Source of the DNA: Anthoceros angustus
Lineage: Eukaryota > Plantae > Anthocerotophyta
Direction: 5' to 3'
Length of the DNA stretch: 64,000 bases
Assembly: GCA_010909165.1 (NCBI GenBank)
Contig: MU008167.1
Coordinates: 1,302,001-1,366,000 of the forward strand
How positions within the stretch are numbered: position 1 is the stretch's first letter; every line of letters begins with the position of its first letter. A program made the position numbers and the translations under genes. Shown here piece after piece: positions 35,160 to 47,100 of this stretch. Below the pieces are notes generated by a model. The model saw only the letters and a list, made by a program, of their open reading frames with translations, did no database searches and was not told where the DNA came from.

Positions 35160-35681
35160 TCAAAATCCAAGAAACCAATCCAGGCTCCGCACCATCTCTT
35201 TGGGGGAAGAAGGCGGATAAGGCACCAAATCCTTCACTTCCATGATCCGTAATACGTCCAGCAGCGTGGTAGGCGTGGCCCGCACCAGATGCTTCCTGCG
35301 GGCAAGCTCATGCGCGAGCTCGGCCTGGTGGTTGTCCATGAGCGCCTCATTTGCCACCACCACCAGGGGCGCGCCGGCCCGCAAGGTCTCGAACACGCTC
35401 CCCGACCCGGCGTGGCTGATCACCAGGTGTGCCGCCCGGATGTGGTGCGAGTTGTCAGGGGCAGGGGCGAAGGTGAAGAAATCCACCGCCAGGTCCCCGC
35501 TCCCGGCTTGATGCTGCTTCTGTGGTAGATAGGCCCCGCGGCCGAGCTGGATGACGAGCGAGGTGAAGCCGCGCGCTTGCAGCTCTGCTCGGAAGGCGGG
35601 CGCGTCCACGGCTGCCACCAGTGCGTCGAAGGAAGTGGTTCCTACGGTAACGAACACGCGGCGATCCTGTGCACCGCTCAT
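35160..35681 (-). CDS. ALG13: UDP-N-acetylglucosamine transferase subunit ALG13, intronless
   Basis: VFVTVGTTSFDALV, ISHAGSGS and NEALMDNHQAELA motifs; 173 aa. Confidence 0.95.
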   Translation of the reverse strand: MSGAQDRRVFVTVGTTSFDALVAAVDAPAFRAELQARGFTSLVIQLGRGAYLPQKQHQAGSGDLAVDFFTFAPAPDNSHHIRAAHLVISHAGSGSVFETLRAGAPLVVVANEALMDNHQAELAHELARRKHLVRATPTTLLDVLRIMEVKDLVPYPPSSPKEMVRSLDWFLGF

Positions 35682-36310
35682 TGCAGATCACGGCCTGACG
35701 CCAACACCTTGTCCGCTGCCACGAACTCCTGCGCAGTCACCAATTTTTTTCCTCATCTGGAACCTATTGCCTGCATGCATAACTCCTTGTATCTATCGCT
35801 CCTTGTTTCTCTGGGCAGTTTTTTTTGTCCTCCTCACCAAACTTACTATGTAGGTACAGTATGTATGGACCTGGACCTACAATGGAGAAAGATGGCAATA
35901 GCTTCGTGAAGTTGAGAACATTGGGCATGAATAAAGTGCTAAGTCCTTGAACTCTTAAAATGATACTATTATCCATCAAAGTTTGGAACTTCATGTGCTA
36001 GATGTGCTAGTCCTAAGAACTACGTGCTAGACAAGGCTGAAGTTTAAATCAGGCCCAAGACAGAAATCAATACATTAACACCTTCCAACACAGTATTAAT
36101 GTAGCCTTATGTCTTCTCTAACACAGGCGCCTAACTATCAACACATTTGGCACACAAACTTTCATAATTTGTAGATACGAAAGTAGCCGGCGACTTCTAA
36201 CCCATGTAATAAGGTTCAAGAGGTGTTATCTCTAAAATAACGCTTGGACCACTTTCACTAATATGATATGGGATATAGAAAATACGTTTGTTATAGCTTC
36301 CCCAAAGGAA

Positions 36311-39300
36311 TCAACCATGAATATCTAAAGGACCTTCTAGACGAAGATAATCATACATTACTCCATTGAATGGTCCTGAACATTTTCGCTGAGTCAAAAA
36401 CAAGGCATTATCCCCTATTTTTAACCAAGAAGGAGATACATCTATGCTCCACAAGACATACAACCCATGTATTCCATGACGTGCGATAGCATTATCTTTG
36501 CCAAATTGCATTGTATCAAAATGTGGTTTGTAACATGACCTATTGTTGAAACGAACCTGCACAAAGTAACAAAAGGTATACTCAAGGCATGTTAAAAGGG
36601 TTCTTCTTTAACATATTATGAACTTGTAGGAGAGGATGAAATCATCAACCTGAAGAGCTGCATTTGTCGCCGAAGCTATAGCTATACGAAGCATGTATAT
36701 TCCATTTGCAGCAACTGTTTCCATGTTAAACTTCACTTCCCAAGTTGTAGGTGCATAATTGTTATCACAAGCAAGCCTAAAATAGATATAGCATTTAGAC
36801 CTAGCAAATTGAAAAATCATGCAATACAAGGATGTGGAACAACGAAGAGATCGTGATACCTGCATGCTTGAATAAAAAACCAGTCCTTTGTCCAATCACT
36901 CTTTCCAACAGTGAAGACTAAATCATTAGTCGGATAAAGCTCGCTGTAGCTATCCCATAAACCATACTGTCGATATCTGAAAGACATTTAAATTATCTTA
37001 AAGATATATTATGATTTTACATAAGCTAAAATAAACTTAAAAAAGGTCATTTGAAGGGTATAATGGTTGAGTACTTCTCATTGTGGTTAATAAAAAGTCT
37101 GTTTATATATTTAAGGTTTGCATTTGGAATATAGAACTCAGCTGCAGAACGATCTGGAATGCCTATTTCCCATATTGTTGATCCAATTCTAGGTAAAGAA
37201 AACATAAGATCTCCTAATTCTTGGATAACCCCTATCATGCAACTAAAATATAAGCTGTGACGTGAAAAGCATATTCATAATAGCATAGGCAGCACATCAA
37301 GCATGAGAACCTGGATCGATGTTTATAGGACCATATTTAAAATCACCCAAAAATCCTGGTATCCATCCATATAAGTCATACGTGCCAGCTCGTACATTAT
37401 TTATCTTGAAGACGCCTTGCTCTCCTGTTCGAGTCCAAAACTGATAGCCCTATACATTATATCATCAACTTATTTATGGTCACAAACTTCATATGATACT
37501 CATACATATTAAATATTATATATTTACCGTTCAAAAAGTATAGATCAATAAATTAGATATAAAACCTTTTCGACAAAAAAATTGGAACGTTGTATACCTT
37601 ACTTTCTGTTTGCCATGATCCCAACTCCCCTGGATTTGCTAATCCTATATATGCAAACTTGGCAGGAATATTATTCGACCATAAAAACCTGCACATCTTG
37701 GGAAAATATCTATCTTTGAGTAAGCTTCATGTAAGCTCTACAAAGAGCTCACCCAATGAATCTATCTTTCCAAATCAACTTATATACGTCTAATATAAAT
37801 AAGAAAGTATACAGTGATGTAAGTATGATGATCATTACTTGTCCTCTAAGAATAATTTTCCCGAAATTGACCCACGGTCATGTGCTTTCGCAAAACAAGG
37901 AGAAGCAGGCCATGTATATGGCCATGCTTTTTGTTCAATCAACACCTACATACTCCAACGTGCGTATACTCATTCAAACCAGTCAACTTGTAGCATTGCA
38001 TATAACTCCAATAAATAAATCTTAGTGATTATCTTCACCTGTTGCTTGGCATCCTCCCAAAGATCAGGAATATAGTTTTTAGAATTTGTACTGTTTAAAT
38101 ATATAAATACAGGACCAAAAACCTTTTGCCAAGACTCTCCATATTGAAAATGAGCTAGACATGGTGAACCAGCATAATGGGCACTATAAAACATCTGTAT
38201 ATACATATAACAAAATTGCGAGTTTCAATATAAATATGTGAGTTACATATTATTGAAATATTTAAGATAAAATTATACTCACACAAAGACAAGTAGGGCC
38301 AACATGTGACGTTAAATTATATTTTGTCGGGCCTCCGTTGCAAAATTCCTGACTTCCTTTAATTATCCAAAACCCCATTTTTGGGTTCGAGCTGATCCAA
38401 CCATGTACATGATTATCTTGGTTCTCACAAGAGTATTGATATTTGTCATCAACCTGTCTTCGTCATCAGGTTTATAATTATCTATATCGGGCCATTATAA
38501 GTTAACAAAATTAATTGATATAAGAAATTATAAATGATGGTCACCTCTCCTTTCAAAGCTGGATTTGATGGATGAAGCAATAAGACAGCTTCACGAAATG
38601 CAAGTTGTTGACAATTGCATGAAGATAAATCGCCAGGTGATGGCATTATTCTTTGTTTGGTATCAGCTAAAGCCATGTACTTAAACCTGTAGTCAATTCA
38701 AAAAAGGTAAAGCTTAAAGGGTCTTACACTGAATCAAACTATGCATTTTAATTTTTATTTAAATAAATATTTCATATTGATTTTGTCAACAACCTATCCT
38801 TGCAAAGTTTAAATGTGATGCGAGTTTGGTTTAGGTTGAACTCTGGCCAACTCGCAACCTTACTATATATAGCATATGAATAAAACCCTGAGCTTCCTCT
38901 ACAAAGCACAAATCTAAATCATGAAGAATAATAGCCATAAGTATGAATTAACTTAATTCATTATATTATTCTTTGTAATTTTTTTAAAAAGGATGTTTTA
39001 GCAAGACTTCACCGTTTATCAATGTTTAAAGGTACTGCACTACTTCCAAGCTGATAAGTTCTTGTAAAAGATAGTTCCACTTTATCCCCATTATCATAAA
39101 TAATATCAAACTGTGTGGCATTTGGACTGTGCGAATTACAAGTTAGAGATACAAGAAAAGAACGGTTCAAAAGAATGAAATTCCACCTTGCTGTAAATTC
39201 ACAACGCATATATATGGTTTTGGCCACTTACACATCAAATATATCAACTCCGTTTGGTGCATTCCAATTTAAGTCCCAATATCTAATCTCAAAATAATAA

Positions 39301-39743
39301 GAACTTGATTACGGTTTCCAAAAAAATTCAAAGTACAATGAAAGTAATTAAGTTGGAAGCTAATACTCATTTTATTTCAAGAATACTAATTTTTTACTTA
39401 GAATAATTAATTGACTAACCTTCATTTGCAAAGGTCAAATACATGAGTTAGTGAGATAATACCCTCTATTGTGCTCCTTATTTAAAACTTCAAGAACGTT
39501 ACTAAGCTCTCCATACCGGATGCCGGTAATGAGTCCACCCGGTTTGGAAAATGTGATGAAAATGATACCATTCTCCAAAATTAACTGAAAATTAAAAAAC
39601 TATTGTGAATTATTAACTCATTGTACTTTGAGAAAATAAAGTTATAGAAAATTTTTTAATCCACTCACATGATTGTCTTGCTCCGAGACACAAACGTCTG
39701 AATCCAAGCAACCAGTTCTCACAACTCTATGACGATTAGCCAT
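36311..39743 (-). CDS. Rhamnogalacturonan lyase (PL4 family), multi-exon
   Basis: Traced GT-AG exons: MANRHR..EQDNH / LENGII..NRG / YWDLNW / VELSFTR / RGSSGFYSYAIY / YMALAD..MPSP / VDDKYQYS..TSHVGPT / KVFGPVFIYLN / AWPYTWP / YQFWT / WEIGIPDRSAAEF / RQYGLW / KDNAIARHGIHG..YDYLRLEGP. No stops were found in the traced exons. Confidence 0.92.
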
Positions 39744-40150
39744 ATTGCAGCTTTTACAAATGACAAAGACAACTTCAAGTTTGCCTATAACATGTTTGTT
39801 TAGCTTTATACTACCTGTCAAGCAAGACTTATCCCATCAAATTATTCCGTAGGTGGGGAGGGAAGTCTATCATTATTCCGTACACTAGGAAGGCAGGTCA
39901 GTCAACATACCTGGCTAATTAGACCATTTGGAAGGTTAACAATTGTACAAGTCTATACCAGCGTACTTGATCGTTGTATTTTGTTTGATAATACTGTTGG
40001 CTAAAATATTCAAAGGTGGAATTTTAAGTCGCACTATTTTTTGGCCACCTCAAGCTCTTAGCTTAGTAGAGCTCATATAGAGTTCATGATTTCATACGAA
40101 GTTGTAAATGTCATCAACATAGATAAGCTTCTAGTGTAACGAGGAGCAAA

Positions 40151-40310
40151 GATTATGCACAAATTGACAAAGGAAAATGAAAAATTAAAAAAAATATGCG
40201 AGAATTGACAAAGGGTAAAGGAAACTGAAAAGATTATGCGAGAATTGACATAGGAAACAAGAACCTGAAGAGGTCATGCCAGAATTGACAAAGGAAAAAA
40301 GGAAATTGAG
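40151..40310 (+). repeat. ~42-bp tandem repeat (4 units)
   Basis: Units of the type ATTATGCGAGAATTGACAAAGG at 40151, ~40194, 40232 and 40273. Confidence 0.8.
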
Positions 40311-41084
40311 TTAATTTTTACGAGACTCTTGGTAAGTTAATTGTACATGAGAAATATCTTACTTGTGTATCGACAACAATTGCGCCATTTTTATACCAGT
40401 CATACTCCCTCATTACCTTTATTTATAGAGAGCTATACCGTATTCCACAAAACATGAGGAAAAACAAGAGTTTTATCTTGACTTGAATAAATGACTATTA
40501 TTAATATTAAAAAATATTTTTGGATTGTAAGACTTCGACCCGAGTACAAAAATAATTCGCAAGCTTCTAAAGCCACCGTTAGTCATCAATCCACCACTGA
40601 TAGTGAGTGGGTTACAGTTTAAAAATGTGACGTACATTTGGCTACACTAACCATTGCTCTGTGCATGCAAATTGAAACAATTTGAAGGGCAAGGGGGTGC
40701 CGAGACGGATGTGTGGATAAACTGATTTCATAAGCTTAGAATAACCACTAGTGCAATGTAGTAGCACTATTCTCTAGCTCTTTAAAATCCTAACGAGAGG
40801 GTGCTCTTTTTCTCATTCTCATGCCTCATAATGAAGTTTTTTCATCCTTTCCGTTTATACATTTCGATTTTAATATTCTTTGACAAATGATATCCATATT
40901 ATAAGTCCGGACTTTAGACTATAAGTCTCATATTAAAAGACACTTAGGTTTAAAATATTTGTGATATATTTTTTTGCTGAGTTGTAATTGATAGCTTAAC
41001 AATCAAGCTATCTTATATTAAGGCATGCAAGTGTTATCACTTTTCTGAATTATATCATATTAAGTTATGTGAGTATTATCAATA

Positions 41085-41165
41085 GCTTCCTTTGGTCTAG
41101 TGGTAGAATAGTATCTTGCATCTTGCTAAGGTTATAATTTAGGTTCGATTTGGTATTTAGCGTAG
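41085..41165 (+). pseudogene. Degenerate tRNA-Gly-like sequence (tRNA pseudogene or SINE head)
   Basis: GGTCTAGTGGTAGAATAGTA matches plant tRNA-Gly(GCC) as I recall it, and a B-box GGTTCGATT lies at 41142. The acceptor stem and anticodon arm do not pair. Confidence 0.6.
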
Positions 41166-41169
41166 GTCG

Positions 41170-42125
41170 TTGAAGCCGGTGCATAAGTTCTTTCAATGGA
41201 AAAAAATCTGCATATATATAGCATAAGTAGTAATGCTATATATAGCATAACTAGCTAGCAAGCCAGTGTATAGCATAAGTTCTTTCAATGAAAAATAATC
41301 TGGATATATAGAGCATAAGTAGTAATGCTAATTTATAGCATAAGTAGTAGTGCTAATATATAGTATAACTAGCTACCAAGTCGGTGTATAGCATAAGTTC
41401 TTTCAATGGAAAACAATCTAGATCAGGGTGTCATTTTGACCGAGTACTATCTCAGTCCCCGGGACCGCCTAGCCTGGCTATGCTCGGTCCCGGACCGAGG
41501 AGGGACCGTGCCTTTTTGCGACCCTTGGTCACTAAATATAATAAATATCAAATAAATAATTTATAAATAATAATATAAAAGACTGCAGATTATGAGTTCA
41601 CCGCGGATCAGACCGCAGCCTCAGCAAAGCTAGCGTGATAAGATGGGTCCATGTGCCCATAAAAGCCGGCAGACCGCGTCCATGATACGATGGGTCCATG
41701 TGTCCATAAGACTGCGTTCATGATAAGATGGGTCCATGTGTCCATAATAAACTGACTGCAGCCCAGCGGGCAGACTGCGTCCATGATAAGATGGGTCCAT
41801 GTGTTCATAATAAATATAAATCTTTGGATATAAAATTAAGTAATTTATTAATTTTAAACGGACCTTTTATGAACCCTCAGTCCCCAAGGGTAATAGGGGA
41901 CCGAGGGTGGGGACCGGACTCATAAAGAACCTCAGGTCCCATGTTTTTTTTAACACATGCCGGGACCGGGACCGAGCTTGGGACGGGGTCAAAATGACAC
42001 CCTGATCTAGATATATAGAGCATAATTAGTAATGCTAATATATAGCATAACTAGTTAGCATTACTATGATTCTAATTTTTTTAGCATAAGTAGTAATACT
42101 AATATTAATATAGCGTTAGTATTAC
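41170..42125. repeat. AT-rich ~95-115 bp tandem array (GCATAAGTTCTTTCAATG..TATAGCATAAGTAGTAATGCTA), interrupted by the MITE
   Basis: Three units begin near 41180, 41272 and 41390; the third resumes after the MITE at 42013. Confidence 0.85.
41424..42004. mobile_element. Non-autonomous hAT-superfamily MITE, 581 bp
   Basis: Perfect 18-bp TIRs CAGGGTGTCATTTTGACC / GGTCAAAATGACACCCTG and an 8-bp TSD ATCTAGAT at 41416-41423 and 42005-42012. It has subterminal GGGACCG motifs and internal GATAAGATGGGTCCATGTG repeats. Confidence 0.93.
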
Positions 42126-42177
42126 TACAATTCTAATTATTTTCTTTCCGTGCTCTATTTTATTTTTCTTTTTACCG

Positions 42178-42700
42178 TGACTCGAGGGGTCTCCCTAAGA
42201 TGGCCTATGGTAGATGGGCTCAACCCAATCTCCTTTTCTCAATAGAATTAACTATCTCCTACACAATTATCTTAATCCTTCAACTTCATCTCATTTGAAG
42301 GGTAGTCTCGCATGTTGTTCTCTCCTAACACGATAGTCAGCCATAAGTTCATTGGAATTGTATGGTTAAGCAACCCTCTTTTTATTGTGACCTGAGGCGT
42401 CTCTCTAAGATGTCCTATGGTAGATGGACTCAACCCAATCTCTCTTTTCTCAATAAGGTTATCTTCTACACAATTATCTTAATCCTTCAACTTCATCTCG
42501 TTTCAAGGGTAGTCTCGCACGTTGTTCTCCTTTGGTATGATAGTTAGCCAGGAGTTCATTGGAACTGAGTGGTTGAGCAACCCTTTTTTTAGTGTGATCC
42601 GATGGGTCTTCCTAAGATGTCATACAGTAGATGGACTCAATCCAATCTCTCTTTTCTCATCTCATCTTCAACTTCATCTCATTTCAAGGGTAGTCTCCCT
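42178..42700. repeat. ~207-bp tandem repeat (about 2.5 units)
   Basis: ctaagatg.c.tat/cagtagatgg.ctcaa.ccaatctc..cttcaacttcatctc recurs at ~42195, 42403 and 42610. Confidence 0.85.
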
Positions 42701-42879
42701 TTGGTCAGATCACTACTGGGATGAGATACCATCCACCGTCGATAACTCTGGACCTTGCTGGCTTGCCTATTTTGAAGCCCTTTGGGGCCACCGAATGTAC
42801 AATCTTTGTTGCTTCCCAGGCAAAGAAAAAAGGCTGCCACGTATAGATTGTTTGTTGTCTCCCTGGCAAGAAAATACGT

Positions 42880-43210
42880 TGTTGCTGTAAGGTTATGAAG
42901 TCCTTTGGTACTGCTTGACGTATGATCATTGTTATCTCAGTCGGAAAAAAAAATACTTGACATATGATTAGTGTTATCTCGCTCGTTTTGTGGGTCCTTT
43001 AAATTACATGGAATGTATATACCCCATCAGTTTCACTGAAAAAAAAAGGGCTGTTGCTATAAGGTTTTGAAGCCCTTTGGTACGGCTTGACATATGATCA
43101 CTATTATCTCGCTCGGAAAAAATAATACTTGACGTAAGATCAGTGATCTCCCCTGCAAAAAAAGGGGGGGGAGGGGGAGGGAGCTACTGCTGTAAGGTCT
43201 TGTGGGTACT
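42880..43210. repeat. Short degenerate direct repeats
   Basis: gttgct.taaggtt.tgaag.cctttggtac.gcttgac.tatgatca.t.ttatctc recurs at ~42881 and ~43052. Confidence 0.7.
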
Positions 43211-44153
43211 CTAAATTACATGGAATATATATATCCCATCAATGTCACGGGAAAAAAAAAGTCTCGTGCATTTGACAACTCACAGAGGGGTTGCCTAATT
43301 ATATTGGCTAAAAGTTCTATGCTAATTACATCTCTCTCTTTTTTTAAAAGGGCTTCCAGCTTTCCTTCTGTATCTTTTCGTCCAGAGCTATCTCCTTTGC
43401 TCTAGTTTTTCTTGGATGTTCTTTCCTTCAAGCTTATCACCTTATAAAATTTAAAGTTTTTCTTTTCCTGAAGCTTATTATCCAGGCTACTCTACAATAT
43501 CTAGTACCTTCTTCCATTCCGAGTTCCTTCTAATTGTAAGATCTTACAAAGTTAAAAAAACTCAATCAAACATTAATTTTTTCTTCCAATCAATTTTTTA
43601 ATTTAGTATTTCGAAAATAAATCGTTTTGCTCTCCTTCCCTCTTCCTTCGTTCTCCAAACAAACCCGGGGGAGAAATCTTCAGCATTCCCCTATGTTACA
43701 CATCGTATGATCTAGATGTATGAGAACATTGATACATGTGTACGGTAATGTATGAGCTACGGTGGCATGTTGTTAGCGGTTATCCTGTTAGCGTGGAGTC
43801 AAGGGAAGCGGAAAGGGGGCCGGGAGTCGGTGGGTCCCCGGCCCTAATCATCCTAGGACCGAAGAGCACGGCGTTGGCGCCACATCTCTCCCACACAATT
43901 TCCGCTGCTTTGCATGCCCAAGGCGCATGCAGCGATTCCCAACCCCAGGCTGTGCGCTCCGGCACATTCCACAGGCCGCGACGATGGCCGCCCGCTGTCG
44001 CCACGCTCCCGCCTCGCGCCCTGAGCACCCGCAGCAGCACCCGCAGCGTGGAGACGGTTGCGCGACACACCGCCTGATCCCAATGGAGTAGCCCGCAGAG
44101 CTCAGTTCCATGGCAGTGGATGGCACCAGCAGCACCGGCGTCTCAGCGGCGTG

Positions 44154-47100
44154 ATGGCGACTCCGCTGGCGCTGTCCTGTGCAACATCGACGCTGCCGTC
44201 GTCTTCTTCGTCCTCGGGACAAGGCCAAGGCCGTGGCCCCGTCTCCCCGCCTCCCTTCATCGAGCTGCTGTACTTTCACAAGGCGATCCGGGCGGAGCTG
44301 GAGCGGCTGCACCAGGATGCGCTCGCTGTGGAGGACGGGAGCGAAAGGGAGGTGCGGGCGCTCGTCGATCGATACTTCTTCCTGCTCTCCATCTACAATC
44401 ACCACAGCAGAGTGGAGGATGAGGTAGCGGATTTTTAGGTCAAGTTTGGGAAGATGGAATTTTCTTCAGTCTGGGAGGCTGAAGTGCGTGCGGGTTGCAG
44501 GTCCTGTTTCCGGCGTTGGATCTTCGTGTCAAGAACGTTGCTTCTGCGTACTCGCTCGAGCATCAGGTGGCAACAAACCTGTTTGATCAGATGTCCGCAC
44601 ATTTGACTGCGGCGTTGAAGGAGAAGGGGAATGTTTCTACTCACCTCCGACGAGACATTATCGGGTGTGCGGAAGCCATTCAGACTACTCTCAATCAGCA
44701 CTTGTCGAAGGAGGAGGAACATGTGAGTGGTTTTGGATTACCAGCTGGGAGATTGCTGGCTGGCTGAGGTGCTGATTTAGTTTATGTTTTACTTGGCAGG
44801 TGTTTCCGCTTCTTTTTCGTCATTTTAATTATGAAGAGCAGGCAGCTTTAGTGTGGCAGTTCATGTGTAGCTTTCCGGTGAACTTGATGGAGAAGTTTCT
44901 TCCATGGCTTGCATCGTCTCTGTCTGTGGAGGAGAAGAACGAGATGGTTGCCTGCCTGCAAGAGATTGTCCCGAGGGAGGAGTTACTTCAGAAGGTGTTT
45001 TCTCGTCTGCAGGTTTTGAACTTTTCGATCGTTGCTGATTAGTTTTCCTGAGCCCTGACAGCCTTGGAAATCTCTTGCATCTGTGGAAAAAGGTTGTTTC
45101 GACCTGGCTGGAGGGGGGCTCTTTGGCAGCGGAGTTGAGGGGTCCTGGAAGCATGTCCTTGTTAGCTATATGTTCTGAGTCCTTTTCGGAGCTGGTACAA
45201 GAGTCTTCCAACGGAAGGATGGAGGGCAGTCCTGCTCTCTATCTTGAGGATGATGGGTCACCAGAAATTGTGAACGATCTGAGTGAAGGAACAGAAGAGA
45301 TGGATTCAGGTGAGGATGACTGCCAGAAAGATGCCGAAAGCTTACAGGGGTGTATCAAGCTTCCTATTAATGAGCTCCTGTACTGGCATACTGCCATTCG
45401 GAAAGAGCTGCAAGAATTTGTCGACGAAGCACGCAGAATCGAATCTTCTGATTTAGTGTCCCCCACTACTTTGTCCTCGTTCATTGAACGATTGCAATTT
45501 TTGGCAGATGTCTGCATATTTCACAGGTGGGACTACCCTTTCAGCACTCTTCACCTTGTTTGAAACATAGAAGGGTGTACTCTAGTGTTGAAAAAACTCT
45601 CATTTCAGTGCTGCAGAAGATAATGTCGTCTTCCCGGCTGTTGGCCTGAAAGTGAAGCGCCCAGTGTCCTATGCGGCAAGGCATGCAGAAGAAGAACAAC
45701 AGTTTGACGATGCTCGGAAGCTGCTTGTGGATTTTCAGATTGCTGGACTTGGCAGTCCTAGAGCATGTGCCATCCACAAAGAGCTATGTGCTCAGGCAGA
45801 GCACATAGTGGAGACAGTCCAACAGCATTTGCTGGATGAAGAAGTTGAGGTGCAGATTCAGTTTTCTGTGTTGATCTATGTGCATGCAAGAGGACCCATT
45901 GCTGGCCCTATAGGTTCAGCATTCTCTCGAATCTCCTCACTCAACATCTCATTTTTCAGATTCTACCACTTGCTCGGAAGCACTGCAGTGTGGAGGAGCA
46001 GCGGCTACTGCTTTATGAAAGCCTTCGTGTAATGCCACTCAAGTTTTTGGAGAGAGCGCTGCCTTGGCTTGTTGCAGTACTGACTGAAGATGAGGCCAAG
46101 GATATGCTCTGCAACATGCATTTAGCTGGTTCATCTCCTTCCTTCTCTTACACTTCCTCCATTTCCTGCTGCTCTGCTCCCCCTATTTCCTCCTTCCTTT
46201 GTACAATCTTCCTCGTCCCTTCTTCCTTGTAGTTGCCTTCTTGCTGGTTTTGTTCTTCGTGCATGCCTTTTCTCTTTTTCCTCGCTCCTCTGTCCGCTGT
46301 TTTGCTCAGGTGCTTTCTTGTTACGGCCATGCATTTCTTGGAGTTTATGCTTGTATTTGTTGTGTGTGTATGCAGCTCCTGACACAGACAAGGCCTTAGT
46401 CACCTTATTCTCTGGTTGGGCTTGCAAAGGACAACTAAGCAGTTGTATCAAGGCACGTCCATTCAGGTGTTTGTCAACCTGTTCTGCACATCCTTGCTCT
46501 GTAATGAAAGTGCTCGATCCAAGCAATGCAGAGCTGGAGAACCCAGAGGATAGGCTGGGTAGTCTATCATTTGTGGATGAAGTTCAAACTCTTGGAGAAA
46601 CATTTGAGAGGCCTGTGAAACGTGCGCGAAATGAAACGAATGAAGGAAGAGAAGACCCAATCTTCAGCTGTGGGAAGGCTGCACAGCAAGAAGGAGCAGG
46701 CAAGCCGATTGTCAAACACTTGTGCTGTGCTCCTGAATTAGGCATGAGTCCCATCCTTGGAACTGGGGCTGCAAGGTCAATTGGAAGTGCATGCCGCTCT
46801 GTCTTGCATGATGGGCTGCAGGGAAAAGGTTCAGGTTCTCTGGGTTCCAGTCTATTTGGCTGGGGTAGCACCAGGGGCACTTTCTCAAATGGCCCTCGTC
46901 CGAAGCCGATTGACCACATCTTTCAGTTTCACAAAGCCATTAGAAAGGACTTAGAATATCTTGATATCGAGTCTGCCAAGCTCTCTGACTGTGATGATGA
47001 ATTCCTGAGGCAGTTTAGTGGGAGGTTCACGTTCTTACAGGGTCTTTATCGGGCCCACAGCAATGCTGAAGACGATATTGTATTTCCAGCATTGGAAGTG

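Noticed and set aside
42711-42730. CACTA transposon terminus
   Set aside because: No complementary TAGTG end with a matching TIR and 3-bp TSD was found in the window.
43905-43935. CATGC (IDE1-like) iron-response elements upstream of BTS
   Set aside because: A 5-mer is expected by chance, and the element is defined in grasses.
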